DNA of 64,000 bases from Candidatus Tayloriibacteriota bacterium (lineage in GTDB: Bacteria; Patescibacteriota; Minisyncoccia; Phycocordibacterales; SIBU01), in NCBI GenBank assembly GCA_009695005.1, contig SIBU01000001.1, positions 77 through 64,076 of the forward strand. The letters are read 5' to 3'. A program made the position numbers and the translations under genes. Under the pieces are notes generated by a model. The model had not been told where the DNA came from. It saw only the letters and a program-made list of their open reading frames with translations, and made no database searches. This document shows positions 57,018 through 64,000 of the stretch, in pieces. Position 1 is the first letter of the stretch. Each line of letters opens with the position of its first letter.

Positions 57018-57272
57018 ATGAAAATGTGGAAAATAGTTTTGTATCATTTGGCAATCTTTGCTTTGGGTATTGTTTGTATCGGTGCGTATTTTACACATAA
57101 AATTTCCGCTCTTCCTCCCGGTAATTTACTTGAGGGTATAGCACTGCTTCCGGTTGCAGTTGTGTTTATGGGAATATTCGGTTTCCTTTGTTTGTTTTCT
57201 CTAATAATTTTTTCCGGAGTCTCGTTTTTGAAAGGAAAAGTCAAACAACACACAAAGGTTTTTCGACGGTAG
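57018..57272 (+). CDS. Small membrane protein (84 aa, 3 predicted TM)
   Basis: Hydrophobic ORF with a downstream hairpin. No family recognised. Confidence 0.4.
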   Translation: MKMWKIVLYHLAIFALGIVCIGAYFTHKISALPPGNLLEGIALLPVAVVFMGIFGFLCLFSLIIFSGVSFLKGKVKQHTKVFRR

Positions 57273-57294
57273 TTTTGTTGTCGATTTAAAATAA

Positions 57295-57319
57295 GACCCC
57301 ACCGTTATTTGGTGGGGTC
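57295..57319. terminator. Bidirectional terminator hairpin
   Basis: 9-bp stem gaccccacc / ggtggggtc, located between convergent small genes. Confidence 0.6.
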
Positions 57320-57325
57320 GGGGAT

Positions 57326-57535
57326 TTAAAGTTTTCTGTGTACCCAATGGCATACACCGGATATCGCTTTGAGTGCCAGTTTCAAAGTGAGTTTTCCGAA
57401 CTTCAAAAATTGTTTAAGTTCCCATTTTGTTATGGCGTTTGCTTTTTTAGGTCCTCCCACAATGTACGATATGCCGTACGTCATGATTAGAATTAGAATT
57501 GCAAAGGTGAAGGCGGTCGAGATCAGTGAGTTCAT
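57326..57535 (-). CDS. Small membrane protein (69 aa)
   Basis: N-terminal TM (ISTAFTFAILILIMTYGISYIV) and a basic C-terminus. No family recognised. Confidence 0.35.
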   Translation of the reverse strand: MNSLISTAFTFAILILIMTYGISYIVGGPKKANAITKWELKQFLKFGKLTLKLALKAISGVCHWVHRKL

Positions 57536-57708
57536 CTATTGACATTTAAACATGTTTTACATAATAAGTCAAGGAAATCCTGAGAATAAAAAAATTGCTA
57601 ATAAGGCGAGTTTAATTTAGGGTCAAGGACTTGAAGAGAGCAGGTTTCGATATCCAATCAATTTTTTATCTATTGCGTTTTGTTAAACTCTGAATGACAA
57701 TTTAATAG

Positions 57709-58938
57709 ATGACGAAAAAAACTATTTTACATATCGACGGGGATGCTTTTTTTGTGGGTGTTGAGGTTGCTAAAAATCCCAAGCTAAAAGGTAGGCCGGT
57801 TGTTACAGGTGAGGATCGGGGAATTGTTTCCGCTCTTTCTTATGAAGCCAAGGCTTTGGGGATTGTTCGTGGTATGCCTATTTTCAGAGTAAAAAAGGAT
57901 TTTCCAAAAGTTCTGATACTCCCGGGGGATTATGAATCTTACGCGCGTTACTCAAGTTTGATGTTTGATATTGTTCGACGGTACGCTGATGATGTGGAGG
58001 AGTACAGTATTGATGAATGTTTTGCGGACCTTACAGGTCTTGAACCACCCCTTAAGATGAGTTATCGGCAAATTGCCGAACGTATTAAAAAGGAAGTGAA
58101 TGATGAGCTTAAATTATCGGTTTCGCTAGGCGTGGCTTCAACTAAGGTTTTAGCAAAAGTTGCTTCGAAGTGGGTTAAGCCTAACGGTTTAACTGTTATT
58201 GAGCCAGGTAAGGAGCGAGATTTTTTAATAAAAACCTCGGTTGAGAAAATTTGGGGTATTGGTCCTAAAACATCGATATTTTTAAAAAAAAGGGGGATTG
58301 AAACCGCCGAAGATTTTGTGGCTAAAGGAATTTCTTGGGTAAGGCAACAACTCTCGAAGCCCTATGAGGCGATTTGGCAGGAGCTTAGCGGTATTTCTGT
58401 TATGGAAATTGATGCTAGGCCAAAAACTGTTTATTCATCGATTCAAAAGACACGGACTTTTCACCCCCCGACAAATGATAGGGTTTTTTTACTTTCGCAA
58501 CTTTCGAAAAATATGGAGGAAGCTTGTGCAAAGGCTCGGCATTATAAACTAGTTCCTAAAAAAATTTCAATTTTTCTTAAAACTCAAAATTTTAAATATT
58601 CTGTGTGTGACATTATTCTTCAGTCCCCGACGAATGCTCCAGAGGTACTGATTTCCTTAGTCGATGAAAGATTTGAAAAAATTCATTCTAAAAGTGTTAT
58701 ATATCGAACAACAGGTGTAACTTTGCGCGATCTTCAGTCTGGCAGTGTCTCTCAGGGAGATTTGTTTGGTGATCGTGCAAAGGCAGACAGGTTTGAACTA
58801 ATTCATAAACAAATTGATTTATTGGAAAATAAATTCGGGAAAAAAATGGTGTATTTGGCCTCAACCCACAAGGCATTGAAGCGAAAGAAGATTGGTACGG
58901 ATTCAGACGACTTGGACAGGGATTTACTTTTTCTGTAG
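57709..58938 (+). CDS. dinB: DNA polymerase IV (Y-family)
   Basis: ILHIDGDAFFVGVE, SIDECFADLTG, SVSLGVASTKVLAKVAS, IWGIGPKT. Confidence 0.9.
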   Translation: MTKKTILHIDGDAFFVGVEVAKNPKLKGRPVVTGEDRGIVSALSYEAKALGIVRGMPIFRVKKDFPKVLILPGDYESYARYSSLMFDIVRRYADDVEEYSIDECFADLTGLEPPLKMSYRQIAERIKKEVNDELKLSVSLGVASTKVLAKVASKWVKPNGLTVIEPGKERDFLIKTSVEKIWGIGPKTSIFLKKRGIETAEDFVAKGISWVRQQLSKPYEAIWQELSGISVMEIDARPKTVYSSIQKTRTFHPPTNDRVFLLSQLSKNMEEACAKARHYKLVPKKISIFLKTQNFKYSVCDIILQSPTNAPEVLISLVDERFEKIHSKSVIYRTTGVTLRDLQSGSVSQGDLFGDRAKADRFELIHKQIDLLENKFGKKMVYLASTHKALKRKKIGTDSDDLDRDLLFL

Positions 58939-59055
58939 AGATTCGCACGTAGGAGTCAAAAATTTCTGGTAATAGTATCTATTTTGTCTATCAAACTTGC
59001 CAATTGAGGACTACTTGATCAGTAGACACTTTTAACTTATACACACCTTGCTCAG

Positions 59056-59084
59056 TTGACATAAAAAAGGAATTAGTATATACT
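59056..59084 (+). promoter_or_regulatory. Near-consensus sigma70 promoter about 300 nt upstream of rpoB
   Basis: TTGACA (59056-61), a 17-nt spacer, then TATACT (59079-84). Confidence 0.6.
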
Positions 59085-59387
59085 CCCGCCTATCTTCGCA
59101 AGATTGTGTCACGGGGGAAAGACGAAGGGATTTCAAGGTTTATTGGTCCTTTTTAGAGCTCGAAAGGGTTCTAACTTATATCTTGCCTAACAAAAATTAA
59201 ATAATCAAAAATTTTTACTACCGCCTTTTTAAAAAAGGGGTTTTTGTGGTTAAGGGTCAAATTTCAACTTTTTATATGAAAATTTCAAGTAAAAACAAAA
59301 ACAGATGAAAAATTTCACAACATGAGAAAGAAAATTATAGACGGCCGGCATTATTTAAATTTCAACATTAATTTTTAATAAAAATCC

Positions 59388-62300
59388 ATGAATACTCACA
59401 AAATTTTTCACAACGGGACAACAGAGGAAATCGTGAAGAGTAACGTTATGGAAAAGAGACCGCAGAAATTTTTCGGTCGATTCCGAAAGCCTCTAACGAA
59501 TTTACCTAACCTTGTTGAGCCACAAATTCAATCTTTTGATTGGCTTTTGAAGCACGGCTTGGAAGAAGTGTTTAAGGAATTTTCATCTATTAAGGATTAT
59601 GCCGGGAAAAAGTTCGAATTGGATTTTACCGGTTTTAAACTAGCTGAAGCTAAGTGTGACGAATACTTTGCAAAAGCGAACAAGCTTTCGTACGAAGCAC
59701 CTCTTAAGGTTACTGTTAGATTGAAGAATAAAGTATTAGGTTCTGTTAAAGAGCAGGAAATTTTTCTTGCTGATTTTCCTTTGATGACCAATCACGGAAC
59801 TTTTATTGTTTCCGGTATTGAAAGAGTTATCGTTCCCCAGCTTGCTCGAAGCTTCGGTATTTCCTTTACTGCTCAAGATGTGAAGGGTAAACGCTATTTC
59901 GGGGCAAAGATCATTCCTTCTCGTGGAGCTTGGATTGAAGTAGAAAGTGATCCGGACGGCGCTATGTATGTTCGCATTGACCGAAAGCGAAAATTTGCCG
60001 TTACTTCTCTGCTTAGAATTTTAGGTGCTCACACTGAGTCTGCGATTTTTGCTTTGTTTAAAGACAATCCTTTTGCGATGACCTTGCTTCAGGCTACTTT
60101 AGCCAAGGATCACGCTAAGAGCGTAGATGAATCATATCTTGAGATTCATAAAAGATTGCGAGATGGAGATTTGGGTACCGTTGATAACGCTCGAGAATTT
60201 ATCAAATCAATTTTCAATGAGGAGCGTTACGATATTTCAAAGGTAGGTCGTTTTCGTTTTAACAAAAGGTTCGATAAATCGATGGACGCTAAGGCTATCG
60301 CCGTTCGTACCGTTACTTTAGACGATGTTGCAACGATTGTTTCAAATATTATTACTCTAAACAATACTCCTGGTGCTATCGAAGACGACATCGATCACCT
60401 AGGTTCAAGGCGTGTACGTTTCGTCGGAGAATTGATGCAACAGAAAATCCGCGTTGGTATGTCTCAGATAAAGAGAAACATCCAAGACAGAATGTCCACT
60501 GTGGATCCTGACGTTACGATGCCGGTTCAATTTATTTCTCCTAAACCACTTCAAGCTAGACTGAAAGAATTCTTTACTACTAACCAGCTTTCACAGTTCA
60601 TGCTTCAGGAAAATATTCTTTCCGAATTGGAGCATTTGAGAACTTTGTCTGCCTTAGGTCCCGGAGGTCTTACTCGTGAACGAGCAGGTTTCGAAGTTCG
60701 AGATGTGCATCCTTCACACTACGGGCGACTTTGTCCTATCCACACACCAGAAGGACCGAACATTGGTTTGATTCTTCGTCTTTCAACTTACGCCACTCTC
60801 AATGATTTCGGTATGATTGAAACTCCGTACGCTAAGGTGGTAAACGGTGTTATTACAAAGGAAATTCATTATTTGGACGCGTTGGCTGAGGAAAATTTTA
60901 AAATTGCTCACGCCGCAACCGATTACGATGAAAACGGAAGAATTACTATTGATGAAGTCGAGGTTCGAATTAATCGAAAGCCAGGTCTTGTTTCGGTAAA
61001 AGAAGTTGATTATATCGACGTTGCCACTAACCAGGCTTTTTCCATTGCTACTTCGATGATTCCGTTCTTAAACCACGACGATGCCAACCGCGCGCTCATG
61101 GGTTCGAACATGCAGAAGCAAGCTACTCCTTGTATTATTCCAGAAGCTCCGTTGGTAGCGACTGGTATTGAGGAGAAGGCAGCAAAGGATAGTGGAAGAA
61201 TTGTTCTAGCCATTGAGGAAGGAACAGTTTCTCAAATCAACGCAGCCAAAATTACAGTTAAAAATGCAAAAGGTAAGGATCACGAATACCCACTGGTTAA
61301 TTTCTCCAGGACAAACGGTTTTACCGCTTTTCATCAGCGACCATCAGTGAACTTGGGTGACAAAGTAAAAAAGGGAGATTTGTTGGCAGATACCTCATCT
61401 AGTGACAAGGGTCAAATTGCTCTTGGACAAAATATGCTCGTGGCTTTTATGTCTTGGTCTGGAGCGAACTATGAAGATGCCATCATTATTTCTGAGAGAG
61501 TTGTTAAAAATAGTAAGTTCAGTTCAATTCACATTGAAGAATTTGTTGTGAATGTTCGTGACACAAAGCTCGGACCGGAAATTACCACTCATGATATTCC
61601 AAACGTTGGCGAAGCAAAATTAAAAAATCTTGATGAGGATGGTATCGTCCGAATCGGTGCAGAGGTACGACCTGGAGACATTTTGGTTGGAAAAATTACA
61701 CCAAAGGGAGAGACTCAACTTACTCCAGAAGAAAGACTTCTTCGAAGTTTGTTCGGTGAAAAGGCTCGTGATGTTAAGGACACTTCAAAACGAATGGAAG
61801 GAGGCAAGCGTGGCCGTATTATCGGTGTGAAAGTATTTTCTCGAGAGAAGGGAGATAAGTTGGATTCGGGAATTATAAAAAGAATTCATATCGAAGTGGC
61901 GGAACTTCGAACCGTTTCTGTTGGAGACAAGCTTGCCGGACGACACGGAAACAAGGGAGTTATTTCAAAAATATTACCTGAAGAGGATATGCCATATATG
62001 CCTGACGGACGACCTGTAGACATGATTCTAACTCCCCTTGGTGTTCCTTCCCGTATGAACCTCGGACAAATTTTGGAACTTCATTTGGGGTTGGCCGCTA
62101 ATGTTTTGGGTTATCAGGCTATTGTGCCGCCATTTGCAGGTGCTACTGAAACTGAAATCAAAGGTGAACTCGTAAAGGCCGGTATTTCTGAATCTGGTAA
62201 GGTAAAACTTTATGACGGAAGAACCGGTGATGCCTTCAATCAAGATATTTCAATCGGCTTTATGTATATTTTGAAACTTCACCACATGGTTGAAGACAAG

Positions 62301-62666
62301 ATTCACATGCGTTCTATTGGACCGTACTCTCTTATTACTCAACAGCCACTTGGAGGTAAAGCTCAAGGTGGAGGTCAACGTTTTGGAGAAATGGAAGTCT
62401 GGGCTCTTCTTGGACACGGTGCCGCACATACACTTCGTGAAATTCTAACAATCAAATCCGACGACATCTTGGGACGTTCCGCTGCTTTCGACGCCATCGT
62501 TAAGGGTGAGGAAATTACTCAGTCAAATGCTCCCGCATCATTTAATGTTCTTTTAAACAACCTCCGTGGTCTCGCCTTGGATGTTGAACTTAAAGGAGAC
62601 ATGCCGGTGCTTACAGATGATCGTGAAAATAAAAGGTCGCCAAACAGGAATTCAGGAGATCGCTAA
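59388..62666 (+). CDS. rpoB: DNA-directed RNA polymerase beta subunit
   Basis: [85 protein letters not shown]. The start could be ATG 59388 or the Met 20 codons downstream (59448). Confidence 0.95.
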   Translation: MNTHKIFHNGTTEEIVKSNVMEKRPQKFFGRFRKPLTNLPNLVEPQIQSFDWLLKHGLEEVFKEFSSIKDYAGKKFELDFTGFKLAEAKCDEYFAKANKLSYEAPLKVTVRLKNKVLGSVKEQEIFLADFPLMTNHGTFIVSGIERVIVPQLARSFGISFTAQDVKGKRYFGAKIIPSRGAWIEVESDPDGAMYVRIDRKRKFAVTSLLRILGAHTESAIFALFKDNPFAMTLLQATLAKDHAKSVDESYLEIHKRLRDGDLGTVDNAREFIKSIFNEERYDISKVGRFRFNKRFDKSMDAKAIAVRTVTLDDVATIVSNIITLNNTPGAIEDDIDHLGSRRVRFVGELMQQKIRVGMSQIKRNIQDRMSTVDPDVTMPVQFISPKPLQARLKEFFTTNQLSQFMLQENILSELEHLRTLSALGPGGLTRERAGFEVRDVHPSHYGRLCPIHTPEGPNIGLILRLSTYATLNDFGMIETPYAKVVNGVITKEIHYLDALAEENFKIAHAATDYDENGRITIDEVEVRINRKPGLVSVKEVDYIDVATNQAFSIATSMIPFLNHDDANRALMGSNMQKQATPCIIPEAPLVATGIEEKAAKDSGRIVLAIEEGTVSQINAAKITVKNAKGKDHEYPLVNFSRTNGFTAFHQRPSVNLGDKVKKGDLLADTSSSDKGQIALGQNMLVAFMSWSGANYEDAIIISERVVKNSKFSSIHIEEFVVNVRDTKLGPEITTHDIPNVGEAKLKNLDEDGIVRIGAEVRPGDILVGKITPKGETQLTPEERLLRSLFGEKARDVKDTSKRMEGGKRGRIIGVKVFSREKGDKLDSGIIKRIHIEVAELRTVSVGDKLAGRHGNKGVISKILPEEDMPYMPDGRPVDMILTPLGVPSRMNLGQILELHLGLAANVLGYQAIVPPFAGATETEIKGELVKAGISESGKVKLYDGRTGDAFNQDISIGFMYILKLHHMVEDKIHMRSIGPYSLITQQPLGGKAQGGGQRFGEMEVWALLGHGAAHTLREILTIKSDDILGRSAAFDAIVKGEEITQSNAPASFNVLLNNLRGLALDVELKGDMPVLTDDRENKRSPNRNSGDR

Positions 62667-62695
62667 GCTTTCAGTCAAACGTTAAAACAAAAAAC

Positions 62696-64000
62696 ATGAA
62701 ATCAAAAACAATAAATAACATAAACGCATTTGACACGATAAGTTTAAAGATCGCATCTCCAGACAGGATTAAAGAGTGGTCGTTTGGCGAAATCACAAAA
62801 CCGGAAACTATTAACTACCGAACTCAGCGTAGTGAAAAGAGCGGGTTGTTCGACGAGAAAATTTTCGGACCAGATCGAGACTATGAATGTTACTGTGGAA
62901 AATATCGAGGTATTCGATATAAGGGAATCGTCTGTGAGAAGTGTGGAGTGGAAATCACTCGATCTATCGTTCGACGCGAGCGAATGGGACACATCGAATT
63001 GGCAACACCGGTTTCTCACATTTGGTTTCTTCGAAGTATGCCCTCACGTTTGGGTTTAATTCTTGGAATGGCGACTGGTGATTTGGAAAAAGTAATTTAC
63101 TTTGCCGGTTATATAATTACTAAGGTTTTCCCTGAGGAGAAAGCTCAGATACTTCGTGATTTGGATTCTGAATATAAAGGAAGAGTTAAAGCGCTTCAAG
63201 ACGAGAAATCCAAGGATGCTGTAAAGGAAAAATTCGTCGCCGCAAAGAAGGAAATCGAAGGCATTGAAGAGGGAATGGTTTTAGATGAAGTTGCCTTCCA
63301 CTCATTTTCCATGAAATATGGTACTCTCTTTGAGGCAGGTATTGGTGCTGAGGCGATTTATGACTTGTGTCGAAACATCGATCTAAAGAAATTTGAAGTA
63401 AATCTCGAGGAAGCTTTTCAAAAAGCCAGTTCTCTTGAAAAGGAAAAAGTTAACAAACGTTTGTCGCTTGTTCGCTCGATGATTAATTCAAATATTCGAC
63501 CTGAATGGATGTTTTTGACGAGGATTCCAGTTATTCCACCAGCACTTCGACCAATGGTTCCATTGGATGGTGGTCGTTATGCTACATCCGATGTTAACGA
63601 TTTGTATCGACGAGTTATCAATCGTAATAATCGTCTTAAAAAGCTTAAGGAAATTAATGCTCCGGATGTAATTTTACGAAATGAAAAGCGTATCTTGCAG
63701 GAAGCTGTAGACTCCCTGATTGATAATTCAATTCGTCACGGTAATACTCCATCGGGTGCCTTGAATCAGTCACAACGTAGACCGTTAAAATCCCTCGCTG
63801 ATAACCTAAAAGGTAAGCGTGGACTTTTCCGTCAAAACCTTCTCGGTAAACGTGTCGACTATTCGGCTCGTTCGGTTATTGTTGTCGGTCCAGAACTTCA
63901 CCTTGATCAATGTGGTTTGCCAAAACATATGGCGCTTGAACTTTTTCGACCGTTTGTAATCGGAGAGTTGCTTCGACGTGAATTGGCTTACAACATTCGA
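62696..64000 (+). CDS. rpoC: DNA-directed RNA polymerase beta' subunit, 3' end outside window
   Basis: Not in the ORF track because it runs off the window. ATG 62696; [19 protein letters not shown], zinc motif [22 protein letters not shown], and [16 protein letters not shown]. The frame is open to nt 64000. Confidence 0.95.
   Translation, partial: MKSKTINNINAFDTISLKIASPDRIKEWSFGEITKPETINYRTQRSEKSGLFDEKIFGPDRDYECYCGKYRGIRYKGIVCEKCGVEITRSIVRRERMGHIELATPVSHIWFLRSMPSRLGLILGMATGDLEKVIYFAGYIITKVFPEEKAQILRDLDSEYKGRVKALQDEKSKDAVKEKFVAAKKEIEGIEEGMVLDEVAFHSFSMKYGTLFEAGIGAEAIYDLCRNIDLKKFEVNLEEAFQKASSLEKEKVNKRLSLVRSMINSNIRPEWMFLTRIPVIPPALRPMVPLDGGRYATSDVNDLYRRVINRNNRLKKLKEINAPDVILRNEKRILQEAVDSLIDNSIRHGNTPSGALNQSQRRPLKSLADNLKGKRGLFRQNLLGKRVDYSARSVIVVGPELHLDQCGLPKHMALELFRPFVIGELLRRELAYNIR

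Noticed and set aside
59100-59130. RNase P RNA (GGGGAAAGAC resembles the CR-I motif GAGGAAAGUCC)
   Set aside because: There are no matching CR-IV/CR-V elements downstream, and the surrounding sequence is AT-rich and too short.
1-64000. Alternative genetic code (UGA recoding, as in some candidate phyla)
   Set aside because: TGA ends conserved genes at the expected lengths, for example the YbaK-like gene at 396-398, the DUF4105-like gene at 1372-1374 and the cupin at 7821-7823. Conserved proteins show no in-frame TGA.

Overview
This is a 64-kb, AT-rich, tightly packed bacterial chromosome segment. Hand-counted ordinary coding lines give about 25/60 G+C. The standard genetic code applies, because TGA ends conserved genes at the expected positions.

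The gene content looks like a reduced Patescibacteria/CPR-type genome; this is inference, since no database search was possible. Supporting genes are a SWIB-domain protein, a CxxC-x17-CxxC protein, a DEAD-box helicase with an RGG tail, stacked GH130 modules, a roughly 1,800-aa Ig-like/HYR surface protein, pilin-like and TSP3-repeat envelope proteins, a shortened SMC, and very little biosynthesis.

Recognisable housekeeping genes:
- truB, an ABC-F ATPase, a SpoU/RlmB-like methyltransferase, dnaE, rnhB and rpmF
- nusB (fused to a Nudix domain), rnc, smc, rnr, rpsP, a KH protein and trmD
- metK (behind a SAM-I riboswitch), a cyclophilin, VanY-like and M14-like peptidases, dinB, rpoB, and rpoC (cut by the window end)

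I saw no rRNA, tRNA, CRISPR array, transposase or integrase.

Most noteworthy observations:
1. A four-gene envelope operon of unknown function at 22.2-28.4 kb.
2. A recurrent extended -10 element 6-8 nt upstream of start codons, which predicts widespread leaderless mRNAs.
3. A canonical-headed SMC of only 763 aa with no recognisable hinge.
4. A NusB-Nudix fusion.
5. The rimM slot of the rpsP-KH-trmD operon filled by a GC-rich structured element plus an orphan gene.
6. Three deletion-decayed genes (TspO, PhoH-like, Nudix).
7. A tandem pair of M14 peptidases, one predicted active and one predicted dead.
8. Two RGG-box RNA-binding proteins.

All family calls come from motif recognition by eye and need profile searches to confirm.
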